From positions 63,290 to 127,289 of the forward strand of contig JBPOFY010000010.1 in NCBI GenBank assembly GCA_051252375.1: 64,000 nucleotides of DNA, read 5' to 3'. The stretch comes from Opitutaceae bacterium (GTDB taxonomy: Bacteria; Verrucomicrobiota; Verrucomicrobiia; Opitutales; Coraliomargaritaceae). Positions within the stretch are counted from its first letter, which is position 1; the number at the start of each line of letters is the position of its first letter. The notes below the pieces were generated by a model. The model made no database searches. It had not been told where the DNA came from and saw only the letters and a list, made by a program, of their open reading frames with translations. This document shows, piece by piece, positions 9,871-18,988 of this stretch. A program made the position numbers and the translations under genes.

Positions 9871-9920
9871 ATTATACCACACATAATCGGCTAAGGTATA
9901 CCCCCCCATTTAGGGGGGGG
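9871..9920 (-). promoter_or_regulatory. Putative promoter (extended -10 TGGTATAAT) with upstream C7-ATTTA-G8 palindrome
   Basis: Minus-strand TATAAT at 9876-9871 preceded by TG; CCCCCCCATTTAGGGGGGGG at 9901-9920 lies just upstream of the expected -35 position. Confidence 0.5.
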
Positions 9921-10063
9921 CTCTCCAGAATCCCAATAGAACTGCGGGACTGCCTAGGTTCCTCCCTTATTCCATTTGGCTCAAAATTACAGCTGGGTGT
10001 TTCTGAACTGCGTTTCGATGATTTGTATACGGTAGTGAACTAAAAGTTAATGGCATCTTCAAA

Positions 10064-13000
10064 TTATGCCAGCTGCACCTGAATATCCAATTGCTGATCA
10101 GCCTTGAGCGTAACAGGACCTTGGAATGTGAGACGTAGATCGCTACCGTTGGTATCAAGCTTTGCCGCTACAGTCCGCCCACCTAGCTTCGCTTGCGCGG
10201 ACGTGGCTTCTTTGCCTTCAGCAGCTTGAAGAATCACTTGGTTTAGGCTGACCTGACCTTCAGCTATATTGATCGATGCTGTCAGTTGGCTTGCACTGCG
10301 TTTTTGCGAATAGAGACCGTAGCCCTCGGCTGCCGTATAGAAACTTGAGTGCTCCTCCGGAGTGAGGATCGGACGAAACGCGATAACACCTTTCGGACCA
10401 TCGTAATGAAATCCCTGAAGTGCAAGCAGTGCGGACCAGACGCTAAGCGAACGACCATAGAATTTCCCACACTCGTCGTCGCCGAAAGGATTGCCGGAAT
10501 AGCCCCATGGACCGTTCCTCACCTTGGACACACCCTCGGTGCGAAGGCGACCGTTATAGCGATCGTAAATGATCTTCATCACCATGAGACCTTCTTTCAG
10601 CAGACCATTTTGAATCAAGGCCACTGCGGCACTGTATTCGAAACCAGTCATCACCTCATCGCCGTATTTCATACCAGGGATCGGTTGCGGATCTCTTGGC
10701 CATGTGATCATCTTCATGCCACCGTCGGTGACTTCGCAATACTGGCGCGGCTTGAGTGAGTGACCTTGGAAGTCGGTCAGGAAGTTGTATTTCAGCAATG
10801 ACTCCATAGCCTTACGGGAGCGCTCCTTCGGATAACAACGGTCGATATCAAGCTGGTCGGCCCACCACTCCCCGAGGATCTGATCGATATGGCAACCATC
10901 GAGATAGTCCTGGCTGCGCTTCTTACCCTGTTTTTGAATGTAGTATTCACCATTCCAGAGGCGTTCGTCTTGAAGCTTCTTACCAGACTCGCGGATTTTG
11001 CGCCATTCGGCTGCCTTGGCTGAATCGCCCATAACATCGGCCATACGTGCAGCTGCTTCGAGCGCAGCCAAATACATGCTACCGATCCATGAAGAGCAGC
11101 CCATAAAGTCACCATCTAAAGTATTGTGCTGAGTCGTTTCCATGAAGCCGTCACGGCTCGGATTCCAGTAGCCGATACTCCAGTCCATGCCTTTTTTCAC
11201 CAGCGACCATTGAGACTTCAGCCAGTTGTCATCTGCAGAGCAAAGGTGCTCACGGTAAGTATTTAAAATAGTGCCATAGAAACCATCTGCTGCCCCACTC
11301 TTGTTAGTATGGCGATACGGGGTCAGCCCTTTTGGTGTTTGACGCTCGTAGTCCTGCTCACGCATGAGTCGCCCCATTTCTGGAAGTAGCCGCGCATGCG
11401 ATTGGGCATAATGATAAACGTGGGTGCAATTACCACCACAGCATCCCGCGGTTTCATTACAACCTTCCCACATGCCTAGGTAACCATTCGAAGACCACCA
11501 GAAAGTTTGACTGCGCAAGACCGCAAGCTGCGAGCTCATCCGATCGAGTAGCCATACCGGTATGGTGGATGCATAGAGTGTCTTATGGAAGCGACGCGTG
11601 CGCGCCGTAAGGTCTTCGAGATTGTCTTTCAGATAGCCCGCAAGACCCATCGCATTTGGCCACCAGTTGGTGTAGTTCTGTCCTTCTCCGCTCCAGCCGA
11701 CACTGTTCGAACGCCCTTCGCCTTCCAAGGCGATCGATTTACCTGATCCGTGTTTACCCGCGGTAAAATACCAAGCCAGCACAAAGGTGACGGACTTGGA
11801 TTCACCCGGTGCCAGTTCCAGCGGCGCTAAGAGCGCTCCGTTCACAGACTTCCCGGCTGCCGAAGCACCGGTCTTAGCGGGACCTTGTAATTTGCGGGCA
11901 ATATCAACTGCGCGATGTAACACATTCGTAGTGCCCCAGTCTGTCGCAGCGGTCGCGCCTACGGCATCAGTCATCAAGACCATGTCAGCGTTGTTAATGC
12001 CGTCACGAGTCATATGAATGAGCGTCGTGTCACCACTCTTTAAAAGTTCATTCTGATTCTTACCAAAATTGTTACCGCCTCTGCCTTCGTTAAAGCCGAG
12101 CGCATTTTTCTGCGCGGACAGAACATCGACCATCACCTTAGTGCTAGAAGTATTCTTCGCAGTAACGGTGTAAATCGCGCAGGGGATAGCACATGCTTTC
12201 AGATCCATTGGAATGAAAGGATTAAAGACTTCCAACTCTACCTCGACCGGCAGTGCAGACTCCTCAAAACGATACTTCGCGAAAGGATACTCACCCTCGA
12301 ATTTCAAGGACGACATCGCCGCAAACGGACCAACCGACTCTGTCTGCAAAGCACGCACGACCGACTCGCCGCCCTCAGCTTGTGCACGGATTGCGAGGAA
12401 ACTATCGTCCACGCGACGTTCTTCGTAGTCACAGCCAATCTGCCAAATAGCAGGCTCGGCTTTACCGTTAAACTGAATCGCACCCGCACCGATGCCACCC
12501 ACCATAAAGTTAATCGCCTCTAGGCGCTCACCTTCATAGACAGTCGTTTTACCGTGTCCGGTCAGGTCGGGGTCATTCAGCATCGCTTGAGCCTTCGCCT
12601 CACGAGTCGCATCACGTTTTGCTAAAACAGCCGCCACTAAGGCACCCTCTTGTTTCAGTTTTTTCTGCCAGTCCGAACCAGCAGCTTTAATGTGCGCTTG
12701 AATCTCAGCCTGTGTGAGTCCACGTGCATAGCAGGCGACTTCGTCGAGCGAAATATTAGTCGAACTCCAACCGTTTGAAACAGGCGTGCTGCCCAGCGTC
12801 ATGGTGGTTTTCTTGGGCCCCTTGCGTGTATACTCATACGCACCACCGACCAAGCTACACTCATAACCATCGATGTAGGCGCGCACATCGAGGTCGAAAC
12901 TTGTAAGTGCGAAATGATACCAACGTCCGACTTCAATTGGCTTATCCGTCGGCAGGTTGATCTCAGTAACCACCATGCCATTGTTATTCTGATAGAGCAA

Positions 13001-13480
13001 TGTGGAGAGGTCGCTCTTAACACCGATCACATACAACGCGGACTTGCCTGTGCTTTGCGCGATGATGACAGGGTTGCCGTCACCAGTTGGCTTGGAATCG
13101 ATCTTGAAGAAAAGCTCCAATGTCGTAGAGCGGCCTTTGAGCTTATCGGCATTCGCCACAAGAATGGGCGAGTTGGGTTCGAGGCTGATCGCCTTGCCAT
13201 CAATTGCCCCATCTACAAACGAAGATGCACCTTTGCTCGTTGCCTTCGATTTACCGAGCATGTCGACCAGATCTCCATCAAAACGCCAGTAGCCTCTCAA
13301 GGATGGATCCGACTTCAAAACAGCGGCATAAGACTCACGGCTCCCCGCTGCCATCAATGGTGCAGCAGCGATACCAGCGGCAAAAGTTCCAGCGGCCACT
13401 AAAAAACGACGGCGTGACATATCCGGCGAAAAGCTCGAAGCCGCTATATCGAATGAGGTAGAGGTGGGTAAATTCTTCAT
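10064..13480 (-). CDS. Tat-exported GH116 family glycosidase with N-terminal LamG/concanavalin-A-like domain
   Basis: SRRRFL Tat motif; GYWRFDG...GRWYHFALT...LDEVACY LamG pattern; VGGIGAG, EGEYPFA, FNPFIP, GNCTHVYHY, EVMTGFEY and ECGKFYGR motifs of GH116. Confidence 0.88.
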   Translation of the reverse strand: MKNLPTSTSFDIAASSFSPDMSRRRFLVAAGTFAAGIAAAPLMAAGSRESYAAVLKSDPSLRGYWRFDGDLVDMLGKSKATSKGASSFVDGAIDGKAISLEPNSPILVANADKLKGRSTTLELFFKIDSKPTGDGNPVIIAQSTGKSALYVIGVKSDLSTLLYQNNNGMVVTEINLPTDKPIEVGRWYHFALTSFDLDVRAYIDGYECSLVGGAYEYTRKGPKKTTMTLGSTPVSNGWSSTNISLDEVACYARGLTQAEIQAHIKAAGSDWQKKLKQEGALVAAVLAKRDATREAKAQAMLNDPDLTGHGKTTVYEGERLEAINFMVGGIGAGAIQFNGKAEPAIWQIGCDYEERRVDDSFLAIRAQAEGGESVVRALQTESVGPFAAMSSLKFEGEYPFAKYRFEESALPVEVELEVFNPFIPMDLKACAIPCAIYTVTAKNTSSTKVMVDVLSAQKNALGFNEGRGGNNFGKNQNELLKSGDTTLIHMTRDGINNADMVLMTDAVGATAATDWGTTNVLHRAVDIARKLQGPAKTGASAAGKSVNGALLAPLELAPGESKSVTFVLAWYFTAGKHGSGKSIALEGEGRSNSVGWSGEGQNYTNWWPNAMGLAGYLKDNLEDLTARTRRFHKTLYASTIPVWLLDRMSSQLAVLRSQTFWWSSNGYLGMWEGCNETAGCCGGNCTHVYHYAQSHARLLPEMGRLMREQDYERQTPKGLTPYRHTNKSGAADGFYGTILNTYREHLCSADDNWLKSQWSLVKKGMDWSIGYWNPSRDGFMETTQHNTLDGDFMGCSSWIGSMYLAALEAAARMADVMGDSAKAAEWRKIRESGKKLQDERLWNGEYYIQKQGKKRSQDYLDGCHIDQILGEWWADQLDIDRCYPKERSRKAMESLLKYNFLTDFQGHSLKPRQYCEVTDGGMKMITWPRDPQPIPGMKYGDEVMTGFEYSAAVALIQNGLLKEGLMVMKIIYDRYNGRLRTEGVSKVRNGPWGYSGNPFGDDECGKFYGRSLSVWSALLALQGFHYDGPKGVIAFRPILTPEEHSSFYTAAEGYGLYSQKRSASQLTASINIAEGQVSLNQVILQAAEGKEATSAQAKLGGRTVAAKLDTNGSDLRLTFQGPVTLKADQQLDIQVQLA

Positions 13481-13530
13481 TCTGAATTTAGATAAATATT
13501 CGATGTGTCAAAATATAGGGAAGTGTCTCG

Positions 13531-14526
13531 TTATTTCTCAGACCACTCAGCGTCCCAACGTTGAATGTAAGGAAGCCCCTTCCCCTTAGGTGCGTATTGC
13601 AACTCCACCCCCCAGTCGACATGCTCGCCAAGGCCATTATCAGTGAAGGCTTCTGGTCTGTAACCACCCGCACCAATTGGCCCACCCTTGACACTATGCG
13701 TCTTTATGAAATTGAGACCATCTTCTGAATAAAGAATCGAATTTGTGATATCCTTGGGACCTGTCGTTCCAATCATCGCAGCCACTCCTTCACCCTTTGG
13801 CCAAACGATGACTTCATGGTTCCCTTGGATAATTGGATTGTTCTCATACTTCACATAAGGCCCTTCAGGCTTATCCGCGATAGCCACCCCCATCTTGGTT
13901 TGAGCAGGGCTCTTCCGCTGCTGGCGCCCTTTGTAGTAGAGCCAATACTTACCATCTCGAACGACTAAGCAGGCATCATCAATCAAATGGCTGTCAAATT
14001 GAGCAGGATCATCGCTGTTAATCAAAGCGGGATTGGTAGCTAGACGCTCCCATGGACCATCTGGTGAGTCCGACACTGCAATACCGATTTTGGAATCAGG
14101 ATTGAAAGGCTTTTTGTAAAAGTCATTCGACGTGCCAGTGTAAAATAACCAGTAGCGACCTTCAGCTACGAGAATGTTTGGCGTAAAGACACTCGCGCCT
14201 TCCCATGTGCCAGGCTCGCCTTTTGAAAGCGCCATGCCTTCCTCCGTCCAATCGAGACCGTCATGGGAAGTGGCATACCACACAGTGGCATCGTAGCCCG
14301 GAGCAATCGGTCCCTTAGAATACCAGACATAGTAGAGGTCATTTACTTTGATAACGTCACTCGGATCGCGGCGCATAACGCCCGGCTCCAAGCCAATCCC
14401 TGAAAGTTCCGTATACGTAATACCCACGGTGCCGAGTTTCGGAGCCTTTGCATTTGCTTGAACTGGCGTCGTTGCCAATGCGAATAGAGCGAGTGAGCTC
14501 AATGCTTTGAATATATTGATTTTCAT
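13531..14526 (-). CDS. GH117-like five-bladed beta-propeller glycosidase (paralog 1)
   Basis: RRDPSDVIKVNDLYYVWYSK, SVFTPNILV, FDSHLIDDACL, LYYKG, GVAIADKPEGPY, GNHEV motifs; signal peptide. Confidence 0.85.
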   Translation of the reverse strand: MKINIFKALSSLALFALATTPVQANAKAPKLGTVGITYTELSGIGLEPGVMRRDPSDVIKVNDLYYVWYSKGPIAPGYDATVWYATSHDGLDWTEEGMALSKGEPGTWEGASVFTPNILVAEGRYWLFYTGTSNDFYKKPFNPDSKIGIAVSDSPDGPWERLATNPALINSDDPAQFDSHLIDDACLVVRDGKYWLYYKGRQQRKSPAQTKMGVAIADKPEGPYVKYENNPIIQGNHEVIVWPKGEGVAAMIGTTGPKDITNSILYSEDGLNFIKTHSVKGGPIGAGGYRPEAFTDNGLGEHVDWGVELQYAPKGKGLPYIQRWDAEWSEK

Positions 14527-14555
14527 AAGTATCTTATAGAATGATTATCGATTGT

Positions 14556-17030
14556 TTAAATGATTTTTGACTGCCCTGCCTGGAGAGTGATCAGCTCGCT
14601 AAGCTGATCTTCATGATAGACACGAAATTTAGTATCCCGCGTCGCACGGATTGTAGCTTTCTTAAGCTGACCATCTTTCCACTCAATATCGACCTCAAGA
14701 CCACCACGTGCCCGCAGACCTTTCACGGAGCCACTTGCCCAAGCAGATGGCAATGCTGGCAGTAGATGCAGTATGTAAGGAGCATTCATCAACTCTTTGG
14801 TTGGCGGCACTGGAATGAAAACATTCGGACGTTTTGGGTCTTCCTTGTATGCAACAAACGCGGCCTCTTGAATGGTCTTTGCATCCTGATCGACGCTACG
14901 CAAATGACTCTGCACAAGCATTTCGCAAACACCTGAGACACCGCCGAAGTTGCCATCAATCTGGAATGGTGGGTGAAAATCGAAGAGATTAATGTGAGCA
15001 CGCTTCGCGGTCAAAAACTTCACAAACTGATGCGCCTTGTCACCGTTGTGGAGACGTGCCCAGAAGTTAGTCTTCCAACCAGTGCTCCAACCAGTGGATT
15101 GATCGCCACGGTGCTTCATGGTGACGAGTGCTGCGTCGGCCAGCTTGGGTGTGGTGAGTGGCGAGAAATCACGACCAGGGTGAAGCGCCATGAGATGCGA
15201 GATATGGCGGTGTGTATTATTAGGCTCATCCCAATCTTCTGGCCACTCCTGCACTTGACCATGCTGACCAATACGCTGTGGGCTGAGTTGCGGGATTAGC
15301 TCCATCAATTTTGCGCGAAGCTCTGCGTCGCGATCGAGAATCACAGTGGTTTCAATCACATCGGTAAATAGATTCAGCACCATCTGCTGATCCCAAGAGG
15401 CACCCCAAGTTTGTTTGTTCAGCTTGCCGTGTTGCTTCGTTAGGTAAAAGTTTTCAGGAGACCACGTCGGATACACGACCAGTGAACCATCTTTGTAGGG
15501 CGCAAGAAACTCTGCAAAGAATTCCGCAGCCCCTTTCATAATCGGATACGCTTCTTCGAGGAATGCTTTATCACCTCCAAAGGCATAGTGCTCGAAGAGA
15601 TGTTGAGTCAGCCAATGCCCTGCCTGCTGTGCACGGCGCCCATGTTCGTTCTGAGCGGTAAAACCAAACACATTACCATTCAGACCCATGCTCCAGCCCT
15701 TATTGATGCCGAAGGTTTCGCGGGCAGTATGCTTACCGGACTCTGCAATCACCTTCATATATTCCATGTAAGGTGCAAACGACTCAGGTAAATTGGCAGT
15801 CTCCACCATCCAGTAATTCATCGCTAGATTGATATCGGTATGGTAGTCGCAGTTCCAAGGTGGCTTCAGAGCGGTATTCCAGAGACCTTGTAAATTCGAT
15901 GGCACTGGTGCACCCCGCGAACAACTAAACTGGAGATAACGAGAGTAGTTCATGTAGAGGTTTTCCAGCTCGATACTGCTCCCTTTTTCCAGGAGCTTAT
16001 CTGTCGGCAACCCCGAAGGCTTATAATCGAGCTTCAGCTGAAAGCGATCCGTCAACGTTTTGATGTCTGAGACATGAAGCTGCTTTAGTTCGTCGTATCC
16101 GAGGGCAACCGCTTGCTGCATGATTTCAGCAGAATCGGCTTCGTAATCGCGCCCCTTGAAACTAGGATAAACTGGAAGGTAATCATTATAACCAGCGACA
16201 TAGATAACGACTTCGCTGGCTCCTGACACTTTGATCGAGCCATCTGCTTGAGCGACCACTTTACCGCCGACCGCATCGACATTGACCACTTGCAGGAACT
16301 CGACCGGATCATTCGTCATCTGAGCCGAACCCTTGAGGCGAATCTGACTTCCTTTCGATGCAACGGTATGATTCTTGTGCGCCGTCTTAGCTGCAATTGT
16401 TAGATTCAGCTGACCACCTTCAGCGGTATAACGAGCGGCGAATACATCCTGCGGATAACTGACAAAATATTCCCGAGTATAACTCGCGCCTCCGAACTCG
16501 TAACTGACAGAGCCAAGTCCTGTTGAAGTATCGAGTGCACGCACATAATTTTCCGCGCCTTTCATATCATGACCAGTCAGCATTTCTAGATCCACAAAAG
16601 GTGCATAGTTGCCGAGCTTCTGTTCTGTCGCATGATACTTAGTCGACATTGACTCCATGCTGCCTTCTTTGGTGCCGTATTTACCCTCTCGATACGCTTG
16701 GCGAACTGTGTCCAGATGCTCACCAGCTCCAATGCGTGTGCTGGACTGCTCGACCTCGCCGAGTCCACGATGCGTATTCATCCATAGCGTGATATCATTA
16801 AATACCAAATACTCGCGATCGACACCACCCGAGAACATTGCACCCAAGCGCCCGTTCCCCATGGGAAGCGCTTCGGTGATATACTTCTTACCAGTCGGCG
16901 CCCTCTTGGCGACATCTCGATTGATGTCTGTCGTCGCCGGCTGATTGTAGAATAGTGTGTGCTGCGCTTGAGCGCCTACGAGGATAACCCAAAATGAGGC
17001 AATTGAGATAAGGGGGCATTTGAACTTCAT
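14556..17030 (-). CDS. GH95 alpha-L-fucosidase/alpha-L-galactosidase
   Basis: [67 protein letters not shown]. Confidence 0.95.
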   Translation of the reverse strand: MKFKCPLISIASFWVILVGAQAQHTLFYNQPATTDINRDVAKRAPTGKKYITEALPMGNGRLGAMFSGGVDREYLVFNDITLWMNTHRGLGEVEQSSTRIGAGEHLDTVRQAYREGKYGTKEGSMESMSTKYHATEQKLGNYAPFVDLEMLTGHDMKGAENYVRALDTSTGLGSVSYEFGGASYTREYFVSYPQDVFAARYTAEGGQLNLTIAAKTAHKNHTVASKGSQIRLKGSAQMTNDPVEFLQVVNVDAVGGKVVAQADGSIKVSGASEVVIYVAGYNDYLPVYPSFKGRDYEADSAEIMQQAVALGYDELKQLHVSDIKTLTDRFQLKLDYKPSGLPTDKLLEKGSSIELENLYMNYSRYLQFSCSRGAPVPSNLQGLWNTALKPPWNCDYHTDINLAMNYWMVETANLPESFAPYMEYMKVIAESGKHTARETFGINKGWSMGLNGNVFGFTAQNEHGRRAQQAGHWLTQHLFEHYAFGGDKAFLEEAYPIMKGAAEFFAEFLAPYKDGSLVVYPTWSPENFYLTKQHGKLNKQTWGASWDQQMVLNLFTDVIETTVILDRDAELRAKLMELIPQLSPQRIGQHGQVQEWPEDWDEPNNTHRHISHLMALHPGRDFSPLTTPKLADAALVTMKHRGDQSTGWSTGWKTNFWARLHNGDKAHQFVKFLTAKRAHINLFDFHPPFQIDGNFGGVSGVCEMLVQSHLRSVDQDAKTIQEAAFVAYKEDPKRPNVFIPVPPTKELMNAPYILHLLPALPSAWASGSVKGLRARGGLEVDIEWKDGQLKKATIRATRDTKFRVYHEDQLSELITLQAGQSKII

Positions 17031-17070
17031 GAATATATAATTTTTGAATTAGGCAGTAAAAGTGTGGATT

Positions 17071-18042
17071 TTAATCTTGGATTTCGAAACGTTGGATGAA
17101 TGGAAGAAAGCCCTTTTCCTTGCCGATATGAACGCCCCATTCGATTTGGGAACCTGCACCATTATCCGTAAACGCTTCTGGACGATAAGCGCCAGACGCA
17201 TGGGGGACGTTGATCACATTATGGGTTTTCCTAAAATGGATACCGTCATCCGAATAGACGAGAGATTTCACCCAATCTTTAGGACCGACAGTGCCAATCA
17301 ACGCGGCCACACCATCGCCTTCTGGCCAGACGAGCACTTCGTGGTTTCCTGGAATGATTGGACTATTAGGATGCTTGATGTAGGGACCCTCCGGCTTATC
17401 AGCAATCGCAAGTCCCAACTGCGTCTGGGAAGGGCTTTTACCCAATTGGCGACCTTTGTAGTAAAACCAGTATTTGCCTTCGCGTTTGATCAAGCAGGCG
17501 TCGTCAATTAAATGACTATCGAAGTCCTTAGGATTTTGACTATTCTTGAGCGCTGGATTGGTCGCCAAGCGCTCCCATGGACCGTCTGGTGAATCTGATA
17601 CTGCGATACCAATTTTTGAGTCTGGTTTAACTTTTGGTTTTTTAGAAATTCCAGTATAGAACAACCAATACTTCCCCTCCGCCACGAGCATGTTTGGAGT
17701 GAACACACTGGCCTCATCCCATACGCCGCTACCCGCTTCACCTTTTGGGAGTGCCATGCCCTTTTCCGTCCATACATAACCATCCTCAGAAGTCGCATAC
17801 CATACAGTGGCATCGTAACCACTCGACTTGGGACCTTTTGAATACCAGACGTAATACAAGTCGCCGACCTTGATAACATCACTCGGATCACGACGCATAA
17901 CTCCTTTTTCTGCTCCAATGCCTTCCGCATTTGAAAAAGTAATGCTTACTTCGAGATAGGCTTCGCCCATGCTTACAGTGGGGGCTGTCAATACGCCAAG
18001 AAGCGCAATATAGAGAACGCTGCGGGATAGTGTTATTTTCAT
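17071..18042 (-). CDS. GH117-like five-bladed beta-propeller glycosidase (paralog 2)
   Basis: Same motifs as 13531-14526, with long identical stretches (e.g. KIGIAVSDSPDGPWERLATNPAL). Confidence 0.85.
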   Translation of the reverse strand: MKITLSRSVLYIALLGVLTAPTVSMGEAYLEVSITFSNAEGIGAEKGVMRRDPSDVIKVGDLYYVWYSKGPKSSGYDATVWYATSEDGYVWTEKGMALPKGEAGSGVWDEASVFTPNMLVAEGKYWLFYTGISKKPKVKPDSKIGIAVSDSPDGPWERLATNPALKNSQNPKDFDSHLIDDACLIKREGKYWFYYKGRQLGKSPSQTQLGLAIADKPEGPYIKHPNSPIIPGNHEVLVWPEGDGVAALIGTVGPKDWVKSLVYSDDGIHFRKTHNVINVPHASGAYRPEAFTDNGAGSQIEWGVHIGKEKGFLPFIQRFEIQD

Positions 18043-18085
18043 GTTATTCAGAATACTATTTTATATGAATTCGTGTGATCGCTAG

Positions 18086-18130
18086 AGTATATCTTCCTAG
18101 CTTCTAAAGTGACATCACATGTTTACGTGA
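18086..18130 (-). promoter_or_regulatory. Putative promoter (-10 TATACT) with adjacent 16-bp palindrome TCACGTAAACATGTGA
   Basis: -10 at 18091-18086; the palindrome at 18115-18130 ends 23 nt upstream, abutting the -35 position. Confidence 0.5.
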
Positions 18131-18324
18131 ATATTCTGTGCAATCTCCATTAATAGCAATAGACGCTACTCTAAGCAGCAGCCCGAATATTATCATACAA
18201 ACGCGCACAAGACTATAACTGGAATAAGGTAGTTCGCATAAAAAATGAAATTATCGAACTACAATAGAGCCCGCTAGATAGCAATTTACTTGTCCCTGCC
18301 CCCGCAACTGACAGCATCGTTACC

Positions 18325-18981
18325 ATGCAATCCACCCCACCTGCTAAAACAATTCGTATTTGCATTATCGAGGATCATACCGATTTCCGAAAAACACTGA
18401 TCGCCGCCATCGACTCTACAGAGACTCTTACCTGTGAGGCTTCTTTTTCAAATGCCGAAGATGCATTCGAATACTTCAAATCAAATCCTAAGCCCGACGT
18501 CTTAGTCCTGGATCTAGGTTTACCGGGAATCGATGGCATTGAAGCGATCCCCCAGTTTTGCGAACTCTCTTCGGAAATGAAAGTGCTCGTCCTGACCGTT
18601 TTTGAAAATAAAACACGTGTCTTCCAAGCGCTGGGCGCAGGCGCATCCGGATACCTCATGAAGTCTTCCGGTCTCAAATCGATCGTGCAAGGTATCGAAG
18701 ATGCATACAATGGCATTGCCCCCCTCAGTTCTGAAATTGCGCAGATGGTCTTTGCCACGTTTAAGGCGTTCAAGCCCGCTACACCGGAAGCCGACATTTC
18801 CGGACGCGAGGCTGAAATACTCAAACAGTTAGCAGAGGGTGATACACGCATTGCTATCTCAGAGACCTTGCAGGTGAGTCGACATACCGTCGATAGTCAC
18901 ATCCGCAACATCTACCGTAAGCTACAAGTGCACAATGTATCCGGCGCCATTAAGAAAGCCGCCGAGATGCATATTATATAA
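18325..18981 (+). CDS. NarL/LuxR-family response regulator
   Basis: Receiver domain (IIEDH, LVLDLGLPG, GYLMK) plus LuxR HTH (ISGREAEIL...TVDSHIRNIYRKLQV). Confidence 0.96.
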   Translation: MQSTPPAKTIRICIIEDHTDFRKTLIAAIDSTETLTCEASFSNAEDAFEYFKSNPKPDVLVLDLGLPGIDGIEAIPQFCELSSEMKVLVLTVFENKTRVFQALGAGASGYLMKSSGLKSIVQGIEDAYNGIAPLSSEIAQMVFATFKAFKPATPEADISGREAEILKQLAEGDTRIAISETLQVSRHTVDSHIRNIYRKLQVHNVSGAIKKAAEMHII

Positions 18982-18988
18982 ATTACTG

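Noticed and set aside
13531..18042. Agar/porphyran utilisation locus interpretation
   Set aside because: No GH16/GH50/GH86 agarase in the window, and the GH117-like proteins lack the agarolytic signature; substrate left unassigned.
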